A stretch of 64,000 nucleotides of DNA from Dehalococcoidia bacterium (GCA_963662435.1 OY759598.1:434001-498000), one strand, 5' to 3'; shown: positions 9,421 through 19,235, counted from the stretch's first letter. The notes: generated from the sequence alone by a model not told the origin. A program made the numbers and translations.

Positions 9421-9819
9421 ATGCCGCAGAAGTACCAGAGAGAGATCGAGGAGATCCTGCAGCAGGCCGGAGACATGGGCCTTGCTGACCCTCCCGAGCG
9501 TCGCCCCAAGCAGGGATTTGGACGACTAGCCTGGGAATACTTCAAGCAGTCCATCGGCGGCAGCGCCTTCTCCATAACGCCCGGTCGGGTTATGCTCGGT
9601 GCGGTGCTCATTCTCCTGGCAGCCCTCGTGCTAAACCTCGCCACACCCGGCTTCGGCATCGTCGGAATCCTCGCGTGGCTCGGCTTCATCCTCTTCATCG
9701 TCGGCTACGCCTTGTTCTTCATCAAGCCCAAGCCAGTACAAAAGCGATGGCGGGGCGACGTGATCGAATACCAGGGCGACGACTCCCTCTGGGACAAGCT
9801 CCGCAAACGACTCCAATAG
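9421..9819 (+). CDS. Hypothetical 2-TM membrane protein
   Basis: YQREIEEIL N-terminus, two TM helices, KRWRG motif; TTGACA-18-TACGAT promoter near 9298. Confidence 0.7.
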   Translation: MPQKYQREIEEILQQAGDMGLADPPERRPKQGFGRLAWEYFKQSIGGSAFSITPGRVMLGAVLILLAALVLNLATPGFGIVGILAWLGFILFIVGYALFFIKPKPVQKRWRGDVIEYQGDDSLWDKLRKRLQ

Positions 9820-9845
9820 TCCCACCCCAACCGGTAAGGCACAAC

Positions 9846-9881
9846 GAAGGAGGCCCCGCGGTTAGCGGGGCCTCTTCTTTA
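9846..9881. terminator. Intrinsic terminator between convergent genes
   Basis: GAGGCCCCGC-ggtta-GCGGGGCCTC followed by TTCTTT. Confidence 0.75.
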
Positions 9882-9926
9882 TCATCTATCAACTATTTGC
9901 GACAACGGCAGGCTAGGGGAGTACCC

Positions 9927-11687
9927 TCACACCGCGCACTCGCCCTCGCCGCGTTCCAACTGGTACTTCACCGTCTTGTCCCAGTCGATGTACTCCTGGA
10001 GCGTGTCGCGGTTCAGCTCCCCAACATCCTTGAACTCCTGTAACAGAGGCTCGAACTCCTTGGGACCAAGCCGCGCGGCGAAGTCCTTGAACTCCTCACC
10101 CTGTTCGCGGTACGCCCAGTAGAACTTGATCACCTTCTCCAGTGCGTCCGGCACGCGTTTGGCAGGAACCTTCGTCCTCGTCCTGAGTCCAATGCGCGTG
10201 TCGCCCTCCTCGTAGCTTCCGCCCAGGAAGAGCTCGTACGCCGGTACCTGGCCTCCCGGCGCCTTCGAAGCCGCGCCGTGGAACCCGATGTCCGCCACGT
10301 GATGCTGGCCGCAGCCATTCGGGCACCCGCTCATCTTGACGTGCATCCGGCGTGTCAGCGGGTCGTCTATCTCCATCCCTTCGATCTTGTCAATAACCGC
10401 CCGGCCCAGCCCCATGGAGGAGGTGATGCCGAGCTTGCAGCTGTCCGTGCCTGGGCAGGACACCACGTCGCTGATCTCGTGAACTCCGGACTGGCCGAAT
10501 CCAATCTCGTTCAGGTCCTCCCAAAGGGCATGCAGCGCTCCCTCGGGTACCCATCGGAACGTCAGGTTCTGCTGGTGCGTGATCCGCGCCCTGCCTCCGG
10601 CATACGTCCGCGCCATGTCCGCGAGCTTGTGGAACTGGTCCGCCTGGATGTCCCCTTGGTAGAGCTTCACGTTCACGGCCTTGTATCCCGTCTGCCTCTG
10701 GTCGACGACATTCGTCTCCACCCAGTGTTCGTACTCAGAGGAGGTCGACCCGTTGCGGTACACGCTGTTCACAGCCGGAGCGTCCACCGACTCATCCTCG
10801 ATGAACAGCAGGGACGTGGGATCGAACGACCTCTGCGCCCAATCGCCCCTCATCTCCTCCTCGACCTCCTCGCGGAACGCGTCAATGCCGACCCGGGCGA
10901 TATGGAACTTGATCCTCGCCTTCATCTTATTCTTGCGAAGCCAGTCCGTGTGGTGGAAGATGCGAAGCACCGCCTCAGTAACCTTGAGGTACTCGTCCAT
11001 CGGAACGAAGTCATAGAGCGTCGGCGCGATCTTCGGCATTATCGACGTGCCGCCGCCGACCCTGATCTCGAATCCTCGCTGGCCGCCCTCCACCTTCGGG
11101 ATGAACCCGACGTCGTGGATGCCTGTGATTGCGCAGTCCCGCGCGCATCCCGAGAACGCCGTCTTCACTTTCCTCGGAAGTGCCTGCGTGTATGGGTGCC
11201 GCACGAAGTACCGCGCATAGGCCGCCGCGTATGGTGTCACGTCGAATAGCTCGTCGGAACACACTCCCGCCAGCGCACAGCCCGTCACGTTACGCACGGT
11301 GTTCCCGCACGCCTCCCTGGTCGTCAGCCCGACCTCGCCAAGCACTCGCATCACGTCCGCCGCGTCCTCCAGCTTGACGTGGTGATACTGGATATTCTCC
11401 CGAGTCGTTACGTGCCCCTTGTTCAGCGGTGCGAACTTTGCCGAGACTACGCCAAGGGCGTCAAGCTGGTCGGCCTTCAACCCGCCGAACGGTATCTTTA
11501 TTCGCATCATCTGGGCGTCCGGCTGACGCTGACCGTAGACGCCCTGCTTCAGCCGGTACGCCAAGAACTCGGTCTCATCGAACTCACCGCCCTGGAACCG
11601 CTGTACTTGGAGCTCGAAATCGTCGATCTCCTGCGGCATCACGTCGATGATGCCGGCGGTCCTCTGCTTGAATTCGGTGGTCGTCAT
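9927..11687 (-). CDS. Ferredoxin-dependent siroheme sulfite/nitrite reductase (likely assimilatory sulfite reductase)
   Basis: GVYGQRQ, TTRENIQ, LPRKVK, CPGTDSC and SGCPNGCG siroheme-4Fe4S motifs; GAGGAG RBS before ATG 11687. Confidence 0.9.
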   Translation of the reverse strand: MTTTEFKQRTAGIIDVMPQEIDDFELQVQRFQGGEFDETEFLAYRLKQGVYGQRQPDAQMMRIKIPFGGLKADQLDALGVVSAKFAPLNKGHVTTRENIQYHHVKLEDAADVMRVLGEVGLTTREACGNTVRNVTGCALAGVCSDELFDVTPYAAAYARYFVRHPYTQALPRKVKTAFSGCARDCAITGIHDVGFIPKVEGGQRGFEIRVGGGTSIMPKIAPTLYDFVPMDEYLKVTEAVLRIFHHTDWLRKNKMKARIKFHIARVGIDAFREEVEEEMRGDWAQRSFDPTSLLFIEDESVDAPAVNSVYRNGSTSSEYEHWVETNVVDQRQTGYKAVNVKLYQGDIQADQFHKLADMARTYAGGRARITHQQNLTFRWVPEGALHALWEDLNEIGFGQSGVHEISDVVSCPGTDSCKLGITSSMGLGRAVIDKIEGMEIDDPLTRRMHVKMSGCPNGCGQHHVADIGFHGAASKAPGGQVPAYELFLGGSYEEGDTRIGLRTRTKVPAKRVPDALEKVIKFYWAYREQGEEFKDFAARLGPKEFEPLLQEFKDVGELNRDTLQEYIDWDKTVKYQLERGEGECAV

Positions 11688-11710
11688 GGTCTGTGCTCCT
11701 CTTGATAACG

Positions 11711-11742
11711 AAAAACCCCGCTCGGCATGTGTTTGAGCGGGG
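11711..11742 (-). terminator. Attenuator terminator hairpin in the reductase 5' leader
   Basis: Minus strand CCCCGCTC-aaacacatgcc-GAGCGGGG-TTTTT, about 25 nt before the reductase start. Confidence 0.8.
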
Positions 11743-11775
11743 CACATATATTGCGTTTTCTATTTGGACAAACGA

Positions 11776-11832
11776 CTATGCGCGGCCCCTCGGACCCTTC
11801 ATACAGGCGCACTTGAAAACGTCTATCCTCAT
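11776..11832 (-). CDS. Cys-containing leader peptide MRIDVFKCACMKGPRGRA
   Basis: 18-codon ORF between a promoter and a terminator upstream of the sulfite reductase; Cys-Ala-Cys-Met cluster. Confidence 0.75.
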   Translation of the reverse strand: MRIDVFKCACMKGPRGRA

Positions 11833-11842
11833 ACTTGCTCCA

Positions 11843-11871
11843 AGTCTAGCAATCACATGAAACTGTGTCAA
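11843..11871 (-). promoter_or_regulatory. Sigma70 promoter of the leader/sulfite reductase transcript
   Basis: TTGACA-17bp-TAGACT on the minus strand, ending 10 nt before the leader ATG. Confidence 0.75.
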
Positions 11872-11911
11872 TGTTCCCTATACCCACAATCCGTTCGATT
11901 CATACCTACGA

Positions 11912-11946
11912 TCTCCCCCCGCCGGGGGAGAGACACAGTGAGGGGG
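11912..11946 (+). repeat. REP-like palindrome CTCTCCCCCGCCGGGGGAGAG...AGGGGG (intact copies here and at 36830-36866; interrupted copies at about 7459 and 42215)
   Basis: Direct sequence comparison. Confidence 0.75.
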
Positions 11947-12005
11947 CTCCGACAACTGCCAGCGAAAGCATGTAGAAGGGTAATGCCTTACTCAGACGGG
12001 GCCAT

Positions 12006-13205
12006 CTACCCCATTAATTCCACCGCACGGTTCAGGATCCTGTGCCCCACCTCGTACTTGTCCATCAGTGGAAGCTCCTCGGTCCCCCCTTCGCGGTCAA
12101 TCAACGTAACCCTGTTCGTCTCCACCTCGAATCCGCTGCCTTCCTCAGTCACGTCATTAGCCGCGATCAGGTCAAGTCCCTTGTCTCGGAGCTTCACCTG
12201 CGCATTGGAGACAAGCGATTCCGTCTCCGCGGCGAAGCCTATCCGCAATACGTCAGTAGGCACCTCTTTGAAGAAATCTTCGTTCTTGAGCAGCTGCAGG
12301 ACCATCCCCTCGCCGTCGGCCTCTTTCTTGATCTTCTGAGCGGCCACCTCCGCCGGACGGTAGTCACTCACAGCCGCCGCCATCACGAGGATATCGGCCC
12401 CGGCACACGCTCCCAGCACGGCATCACGCATCTCGGCCACACTGGACGCTCGCCGAATCTCGACGCCCGTCGGATCGTCGAGAGCGGTCGGCGCGGTTAC
12501 CAGCGTAACCTTTGCGCCTCTGTCCCGTGCCGCCTCCGCTATTGCGTACCCCATCTTCCCCGACGAGCGGTTGGTGATGATCCTCACTGGATCGATCGGT
12601 TCCTGCGTCCCTCCGGCGCTCACAACAACGCTTCGTCCCGCGAGGTCGCCGTTTCGCCCCAGCACCAACGCGATGTGTCCCAGTAGCTCAGGCGTCTCCA
12701 ACAACCGTCCCTTGCCCGAAAGCCCCGATGCCAGGTGCCCTGACGCAGGCCCCGCGAAAGATACGCCACGTCCGCGAAGCGTCTCGATGTTCTCCCGCGT
12801 GGCGACGTTCTCATACATATGCCCGTCCATTGCTGGCGCCACCAAGACGGGCGCGGTGGTCGCGAGAATCGTAGTGCCGAGTGCGTCGCCTGCCAGACCG
12901 TTCGCGACCTTGGCAATGAAGTCCGCCGTAGCCGGCGCCACGACCACGAGATCGGCCCGCTCGGCAACCGCCACGTGATGGATGCCAAGCTCCGATTCCG
13001 GATCGAACATGTCCGTAACGACGGGTCGATGGGTGATGCTGCGGAACGTAATCGGCGAGACGAATTTCGTCGCGCTTTCCGTCATGACGACATCCACGCA
13101 AGCTCCCGCCTGCGAAAGCTTGCTGGCCAGATCCACCGCCTTATAGCAGGCAATGCTCCCCGTCACACCTAATACGATGTTCTTGTCCTTAAACGGACGC
13201 GGCAT
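12006..13205 (-). CDS. coaBC: Phosphopantothenoylcysteine decarboxylase/phosphopantothenate-cysteine ligase
   Basis: GVTGSIACYKA, APATAD, APAMDGHMY, IDPVRIITNRSSGKMG, AAAVSDY and GFAAET motifs. Confidence 0.95.
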   Translation of the reverse strand: MPRPFKDKNIVLGVTGSIACYKAVDLASKLSQAGACVDVVMTESATKFVSPITFRSITHRPVVTDMFDPESELGIHHVAVAERADLVVVAPATADFIAKVANGLAGDALGTTILATTAPVLVAPAMDGHMYENVATRENIETLRGRGVSFAGPASGHLASGLSGKGRLLETPELLGHIALVLGRNGDLAGRSVVVSAGGTQEPIDPVRIITNRSSGKMGYAIAEAARDRGAKVTLVTAPTALDDPTGVEIRRASSVAEMRDAVLGACAGADILVMAAAVSDYRPAEVAAQKIKKEADGEGMVLQLLKNEDFFKEVPTDVLRIGFAAETESLVSNAQVKLRDKGLDLIAANDVTEEGSGFEVETNRVTLIDREGGTEELPLMDKYEVGHRILNRAVELMG

Positions 13206-13402
13206 CGAGCGGCTCCCCAGCATACGCGTACCTAGATTACTTAGCTATATGGTACGGTGAAACTCCTCACCCTTGAAAGGTAAAACACGTCCCGTGTTTG
13301 TAGACCTTTGAAGGTGATCTAGACACTGCCAATCCGGCGGAGGCCGGAATCCAGAGAATCCAAGAAACGCGCCCAACCCCTACACTCCCGCCAACAGCAA
13401 AT

Positions 13403-13431
13403 CCGTCATTTCCGCGAAGGCGGGAATCCAG
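13403..13431 (+). repeat. CCGTCATTCCCGCGAAGGCGGGAATCC-type REP-like hairpin (copies about 9173, 13327, 25569, 51929, 61884)
   Basis: Recurrent CCGTCAT plus GC hairpin with compensatory stem variants, same orientation. Confidence 0.75.
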
Positions 13432-13496
13432 TCTGGCTCTTTGCGTTCTCCGCGCCCTCTGCGTGGAAGAAAAAACCCACCACAGACGCGGCCAAC

Positions 13497-14294
13497 CTAC
13501 CCCGAACGCTCCGTCACATTCATCTCGTGGATGATCTTCAACCCCGCCATCGTCAGATTGTCGTTCACCACGTCGAAGACGCCCGTCTCCTCTGCGATAA
13601 TATGCGCGGGTCCTCCCGTCGCGATAACCTTCGATCCTCCGCCCAACTCCCGGTCGAATCGCGCCACCATTCCCTTCACCATCTCGGTGTACCCAAGCAC
13701 TAGGCCCGACTGCAGCGCATGGATCGTGTTCCGTCCAATCGCAGTAGAAGGCCGCTCCAACTCGACGTGACGGAGCTGGGACGCCGCCTGGTACAACGCT
13801 CCCGCCGCGACATGTATGCCTGGGGCAATGGCCCCGCCGAGGTACTCGCCGTCCTTCGTCGTCGCGTCAAACACCGTCCCCGTCCCGAAGTCCACGACGA
13901 TCGCCGGTCCGCCGTACAGCATGAGCGCCGCCGCGGCATCCACGATCCGGTCGGCCCCAACGTCTCTGGGGTTGTCATACAGGATATTGATGCCAGTCTT
14001 CACGCCCGCTCCAACGACGAGTGGCGACTGGTCAAAGTAGTTCTCGCTCACCTCGACGAACGCCGCAGTCAGCGATGGCACCCCGCTGCACATCGCCACG
14101 GCGGTCACCTTGTCGGCGTCCAAGCCCCGTGTCGGCAGCATGTCCGACATCATCAAGCCGTACTCGTCAGCAGTCCTTCCCCGCTCCGTGTTGATGCGCC
14201 ACGACGCCTCAGGCATATACGGTTCGCCGCCGGGCACGTCGGCAAATACCCCGATCTTGATATTCGTATTCCCTATGTCAATAGCAAGAAGCAT
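13497..14294 (-). CDS. coaX: Type III pantothenate kinase
   Basis: LAIDIGNTNI, VGADRI, VVDFGTGT and GGAIAPG motifs. Confidence 0.95.
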   Translation of the reverse strand: MLLAIDIGNTNIKIGVFADVPGGEPYMPEASWRINTERGRTADEYGLMMSDMLPTRGLDADKVTAVAMCSGVPSLTAAFVEVSENYFDQSPLVVGAGVKTGINILYDNPRDVGADRIVDAAAALMLYGGPAIVVDFGTGTVFDATTKDGEYLGGAIAPGIHVAAGALYQAASQLRHVELERPSTAIGRNTIHALQSGLVLGYTEMVKGMVARFDRELGGGSKVIATGGPAHIIAEETGVFDVVNDNLTMAGLKIIHEMNVTERSG

Positions 14295-14399
14295 TTGCTT
14301 TGTATTGCCTGGACACTAGCCACTCCCATAGACGTCTACGCAATACTCTCTACGTTCTTCCTCTCTCTGCGGTGAATATTCCGGAATTTTTGAAATTTC

Positions 14400-15656
14400 C
14401 TAGTCCGTGACCGCTACCCCTTTCGCCTCCCACTCAGCCTTCATTTTCTGGTACGCAGCCTCGAACTCCTCGCTCCCGTCGTCCTCCCATCGGTCGAAGT
14501 CGATCCCCCGGATCGTCCCTTCCTCTCGGCCCGTGATGATGCGCGGATTGGGATTCCTCGGCGTGTGGTACGTCGTCCCTCCCGGTAACTTCAGGATGCC
14601 GATCACCCTTGGCCGGTTCCCCACGATCTGCTTGTTCGCCGCGACCTTCTTCAGCATCTCCTCGTCCACCTCGAGTCCAAGCCCCGGCGCTTCCGGCACG
14701 GGAGACAGCCCCTCGCTCACGGGGATGCGCTCCGTGGTGATGTCCTCCTCGTACTGGTCGTCGAGGTTTATCGAATGCCCGCTGGCGCTGGGCAGCACCG
14801 CCGCCAGGTGGAGCGTCATCGCCTTCATCAGCGTACCGCCCGTTAGCTGCAAAATGATCTGCGCGTTGGCCTTAGACGCCAGGATCCCCCGCGTCATGAT
14901 GTCGTGCACCGAGTGTCCCATCATGTATGCGTCGGCAACACCGTGAGCCGTCTCCGGATACCCTCCGCCAATAGGAACGCCCCCGTGTACGATGGTCAGA
15001 CTCGTATGGTGCCGAAGCTCCCTCCAACCGTCGAAGTCTGACCGGGGCAGGGCGTCCTCGATGAACCCCACGATGGGATATTTACGCTCTATCTCTGCGA
15101 TGAGTGGTTTCACGGCGGCGACCGTCCTCCCGCCCCCGTTGAAGTCGAAGTGGATCTTGAACCCCGTCGGAAGGTCGAGATCAGAAGCCGCGTCCGCCTG
15201 TTCCAGCGGGTCATACGATGCATTAGTATGCATCTTGAACACCATGTACCCCTCGTCCCGCGAACGCTGCACCTCTTGGGCGAATATCTCCGCCGGACAC
15301 GGTCTCGTCCAAGCCGCGACCGTCATCTTGTCCCGCACCTTCTCGCCCAGCAGCTTGTAGACAGGCACTTCCAGGTACTTGCCCATAACGTCGTACAACG
15401 CCGAGCCGAGACCCAGGTTGAAGTCGTTCATCATGAAGTCGAACGGGTTGCGGTCGATCAGGTGCTCGAACGTCGAGGCGGGCGGGGGAGGCCCGGGCCA
15501 GTCATAGTCGCCATACCCCACAATGCCGACATCGGTCTTCACCTTGAACACCAGGCGGCAGTCTATCCCACCCATTCGGCCGCGTCCGGCCACGTTGTCG
15601 TACCGCTTCGCCAACGCCGGATGAATCGGTATACACTCGATATCGGTGATCTTCAT
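14400..15656 (-). CDS. Mandelate racemase/muconate lactonizing (enolase superfamily) enzyme
   Basis: MKITDI start, ALYDVMGKYLEVPVYKLLG, FKMH, DFN, IED and PEAPGLGLEVD motifs. Confidence 0.85.
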   Translation of the reverse strand: MKITDIECIPIHPALAKRYDNVAGRGRMGGIDCRLVFKVKTDVGIVGYGDYDWPGPPPPASTFEHLIDRNPFDFMMNDFNLGLGSALYDVMGKYLEVPVYKLLGEKVRDKMTVAAWTRPCPAEIFAQEVQRSRDEGYMVFKMHTNASYDPLEQADAASDLDLPTGFKIHFDFNGGGRTVAAVKPLIAEIERKYPIVGFIEDALPRSDFDGWRELRHHTSLTIVHGGVPIGGGYPETAHGVADAYMMGHSVHDIMTRGILASKANAQIILQLTGGTLMKAMTLHLAAVLPSASGHSINLDDQYEEDITTERIPVSEGLSPVPEAPGLGLEVDEEMLKKVAANKQIVGNRPRVIGILKLPGGTTYHTPRNPNPRIITGREEGTIRGIDFDRWEDDGSEEFEAAYQKMKAEWEAKGVAVTD

Positions 15657-15950
15657 GCGTCACCCCTCGCGTAGGGCCTCGAATGGGACTAGCCTACCAC
15701 GTCCGCTATACCGTGAGAACACTGCCTACCCTCGCGTCTTCTTCTGCGTTATAACCCCATCATCATTCACGAACATTCAATATCACCTCTTATGACGTTC
15801 GTGCTGAGCCTGTCGAAGCACATGCACCTTCAACACAATGAATGAACCCCCTCTAACAGGACCCCTTTCCACCCACTTGACAACGTATGATAGAATGCAA
15901 TTACACACTCTTCAGTAAGTATATAACGCCCATCTTTGTAGGAGATCAAC

Positions 15951-16871
15951 ATGGCCGCAGCCGGCAATGTCATAGAGACCAACTCACTCACAAAACACTA
16001 CGGCCAGATCGTCGCAGTCGATGCCCTGTCAATGTCCGTTCCACAAGGCCACGTCTTCGGACTGCTCGGGCCCAACGGCTCCGGCAAGACCACCACCATG
16101 AGCATGCTGCTCGGTCTCGTGCGGCCCACCTCTGGAGGCTTCAATCTCTTCGGCGCCTCCGACGGTCTCGAATCGGCCCTCCACCGTGTCGGCGCGATCA
16201 TCGAGTCCCCTTCCTTCTATCCCTACCTCACCGGACGCCAGAACCTCCTCTACTTTCAGGGAATATCGGGACGTGGGTCCTCGGACGAAATCGACGGACT
16301 GCTCGATGAGGTCGGCCTGACGGGCAGGGGAGACCACAAATTCCGTACCTACTCCCTCGGCATGAAACAGCGCCTCGGACTCGCATATGCCCTCCTAGGC
16401 GACCCCGAACTCCTCTTCCTCGACGAGCCCACCAACGGCATGGACCCCGCAGGCATGGCCGAGGTTCGCGACCTGATCCGCAGCCTCGGCACCGGCGGAA
16501 GGACCGTCCTCCTGTCCAGCCACCTTCTCCACGAGGTCGAGCAGGTATGTGACAGCGTCGCCATCCTGTCCAGGGGCAAGCTCATCGCCCAGGGCGATGT
16601 TGCCGATCTCCTCAGGTCTCAGGACGAAATTCGACTTCAAACGACCGACAACGACAAAGCCGTCCAGGTCCTCTCAACGCTGGACTGGATCGACGACGTG
16701 AAGATGGAAGATGGCGAGGTCGTCGTCGGAGCCACCAGCGACCGCGTCCCGGAAGTATCGACTGCCCTCGGACGCTCGGAAGTCTACGTCACAGGCATCT
16801 CCACCGGCCAGAAGTCCCTGGAAAGCTACTTCCTCGAAGTCACCGGCGACAATGGGGACGGAAGCGAGTGA
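15951..16871 (+). CDS. ABC transporter ATP-binding protein (ABC-2 exporter)
   Basis: GPNGSGKTT, YSLGMKQR, LDEPTNG, SSH motifs. Confidence 0.95.
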   Translation: MAAAGNVIETNSLTKHYGQIVAVDALSMSVPQGHVFGLLGPNGSGKTTTMSMLLGLVRPTSGGFNLFGASDGLESALHRVGAIIESPSFYPYLTGRQNLLYFQGISGRGSSDEIDGLLDEVGLTGRGDHKFRTYSLGMKQRLGLAYALLGDPELLFLDEPTNGMDPAGMAEVRDLIRSLGTGGRTVLLSSHLLHEVEQVCDSVAILSRGKLIAQGDVADLLRSQDEIRLQTTDNDKAVQVLSTLDWIDDVKMEDGEVVVGATSDRVPEVSTALGRSEVYVTGISTGQKSLESYFLEVTGDNGDGSE

Positions 16872-16939
16872 CGGTTCTAGTACCAATAGCATTCAAAACG
16901 GCCAACTTACCCGAGAGTACATCCTAAGGAACCCAAAAC

Positions 16940-17998
16940 ATGCTGATTGCCCACATCCTCCGACTCACCAGATGGGAGTGGTTCAAGCTCCGCAGGCGCT
17001 GGATGCCCTGGATAATCCTCGCTATCGCCGTGCTTCTCGCCCAGGTTGGGTTCTGGGCCAGCTACGCCGCCTACCACAACGATACCGTGCAGGAGGTCTT
17101 TGGCGGCGGTTCCTCTTCGTTTAGCGCCACCTTTGAGAGAGATGGAGAGACTGTTGCGGTGGGAATGTCCTGCGCGGACATAGTCAACGACCGCATGCCG
17201 CCTGAACTCGATCAGCTCACCGAAGAACAAAAGCAGATGTTCCTAAATGATGTGGAGGAATTCTCCAGAGAAGGCGCATGCGAAAATTTCCAAGCCGCCG
17301 ACGAGTTCCGTAAGGGATTCACGCTCCCTGACAGCATCACCGAAGCAATCGGGGGATTCTCGTCCGTTGGGCCACTCCTCATCATGGTTCTCGCAGCCTC
17401 CATCATCGGCAGCGAGTACGGCTGGGGCACTCTGCGCAACGTCCTCACCAGGGGCACCGGCCGCTGGCAGCTCCTGTCCGCTAAGCTCCTCCTGCTTCTG
17501 CGACTGTGTTCTGACTTCCTTATCATCATCGCCGTCTTTGCCGTCGTCTCCAGCTTCATTGCCGCCGTCATTCCTCCGAGCGAGACGGGTGAATTGGCCG
17601 ACCCGGGTGAGTGGCTGGACATCGTTGTCGAGTACCTGAAGATCGTCTATTCGCTCATCCCATTCATAGCCCTCGCCGTGTTCCTCACCGTGCTCACCTC
17701 GTCCACGGCCGTCGGCATAGCCGTATCCATCGGGTACTACCTGGTCGAAGCAATCCTCTCGCCGCTGCTCAATCTCAATGACACGCTTTCCAATGTTACC
17801 AACTACCTCCTCGTTGCAAGCGTCAACACATGGAACGCCGCGCCACTCGTCGACGTGGAAGTGAACAGCGTCTCCGGGGAGCAGTCGTCCGACGCTCTCC
17901 AAGCCTTCCTCGTCATCCTCGTATACACCGCCGTCCTCCTCGCAGCCTCATTCTGGCTCTTTATGCGCCGCGACATCGCCGGCGCCCGAGGCGATTGA
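16940..17998 (+). CDS. ABC-2 type transporter permease
   Basis: EWFKLRR start, GSEYGWGTLR, multiple TM helices, RRDI end. Confidence 0.9.
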   Translation: MLIAHILRLTRWEWFKLRRRWMPWIILAIAVLLAQVGFWASYAAYHNDTVQEVFGGGSSSFSATFERDGETVAVGMSCADIVNDRMPPELDQLTEEQKQMFLNDVEEFSREGACENFQAADEFRKGFTLPDSITEAIGGFSSVGPLLIMVLAASIIGSEYGWGTLRNVLTRGTGRWQLLSAKLLLLLRLCSDFLIIIAVFAVVSSFIAAVIPPSETGELADPGEWLDIVVEYLKIVYSLIPFIALAVFLTVLTSSTAVGIAVSIGYYLVEAILSPLLNLNDTLSNVTNYLLVASVNTWNAAPLVDVEVNSVSGEQSSDALQAFLVILVYTAVLLAASFWLFMRRDIAGARGD

Positions 17999-18054
17999 TC
18001 AACAATGGTAAAGTGAGGATCTACACAAATCTTGTGAGGAATTACAAGCAACCA

Positions 18055-18080
18055 CGTTCGCCCTGAGCCTGTCGAAGGGC
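18055..18080 (+). repeat. GTTCGCCCTGAGCCTGTCGAAGGG-type REP-like hairpin (copies at 15796, 23331, 24882, 28916, 36761 partial, 37118, 40452, 62873)
   Basis: Near-constant GAGC(C/T)TGTCGA loop with covarying stems; all copies in the same orientation. Confidence 0.85.
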
Positions 18081-18176
18081 ACTTGAATCGCAAAGCTCTG
18101 TAACCTTCGAGTTGTTAGCTGCTGTGCCTACCCGCGTTCGCACAGTAGGGAACTCGGCAAATGGAGGCGACCCACG

Positions 18177-19235
18177 ATGAATTCCATTCTCACAATCGCC
18201 TACTCTGCGCTATGCGCCATCTTCCTCCTATCCGCGGCATGTGGAGATGACCCCGCCGAAGACCACTTCAATAGAGGAGTCGAGTACTACCAGTCCGGCG
18301 AGTACCGCCTCGCAATCCAGGAGTACGACAAGGCAATTGAGCTCAGTCCCGAAACGTCCTCCTCTTACCTGAACAGGGGAAATGCCTACCGAAAGCTCCG
18401 TGAATACGACCGCGCGCTGGAGGACTACGACAAGGTCATCAAACTTGAGCCTGGCTGGAGCTGGCCTTTCATCCAAAAGGGAGTCGTCTACCTGGACTTG
18501 GACGAGAACCTGCAAGCGATTGAGTATTTCAATCAGGCCATTGAACTGGACCCCTTTCAGCCAGCCCCATATGACAACAGAGGGCGTGCTTACTATAAGC
18601 TCCGTGAATACCATCAGGCGATTGCGAACTATGACGAGGCAATCGAACTCGATCCTCACTACAGCTGGTCATACAGCAGTAGGGGGCATGTCTACTATCA
18701 GCTAGCCGAGTACGGTAAAGCCGTCAAGGAATACGACAAGGCGATCGAGCTGGATCCCGACTCTAGCTCGTCACACATTAGCTCAGCACGACACTACAGG
18801 GAACTCGCCGACGGCTATCTGTATGAGTACCGCCTCTCAATCGAGAACTACGGCAAAGCACTAAAGAACGACCCGTCCAGCGCCGATGCATACAACAGCA
18901 GGGGGTATGTCTACCTTCAGGTGGCCGAGTACCGCAGGGCAATCGAGGACTTCGATAAGGCCCTCGAACTCAGCCCCGACAAAGTGTCCGCCTACAGAAA
19001 CAGAGGAGATTCCCACAAGGAGTTGGGCGACTTCCGGCGCGCATTAGACGACTACGACAAGGCTATCGATCTCGCGCCCACATCATTTGCCGCGTACTTC
19101 GGCAGAGCACTCGTCTATCAAGCACTCGAGAACAGCCGCTGCGCAACAGAAGACCTGAACAAAGCCCTGTCCCTCGCGAACAACCCCTCCCTCCGCGCCG
19201 AAGTCGATAAGGTCCTCGCCCAGCTGCAGCAGTAG
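18177..19235 (+). CDS. Tetratricopeptide-repeat lipoprotein
   Basis: Lipobox LSAAC; about 9 TPRs of the form YxNRG..Y..L.EY..AI.DYDKAIELxP. Confidence 0.9.
   Translation: MNSILTIAYSALCAIFLLSAACGDDPAEDHFNRGVEYYQSGEYRLAIQEYDKAIELSPETSSSYLNRGNAYRKLREYDRALEDYDKVIKLEPGWSWPFIQKGVVYLDLDENLQAIEYFNQAIELDPFQPAPYDNRGRAYYKLREYHQAIANYDEAIELDPHYSWSYSSRGHVYYQLAEYGKAVKEYDKAIELDPDSSSSHISSARHYRELADGYLYEYRLSIENYGKALKNDPSSADAYNSRGYVYLQVAEYRRAIEDFDKALELSPDKVSAYRNRGDSHKELGDFRRALDDYDKAIDLAPTSFAAYFGRALVYQALENSRCATEDLNKALSLANNPSLRAEVDKVLAQLQQ

Noticed and set aside
11688..11747. N-terminal extensions in the ORF track (sulfite reductase, tsaB, mobA, TlpA, transposase, carboxyltransferase, icd-like)
   Set aside because: Downstream starts fit RBS position and/or family N-termini better; several extensions overlap a terminator or a neighbouring gene
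18177..19235. DNA-level repeats in the TPR gene as a DGR template/variable pair
   Set aside because: Explained by 34-aa TPR periodicity; no reverse transcriptase and no adenine-specific mismatch pattern noticed
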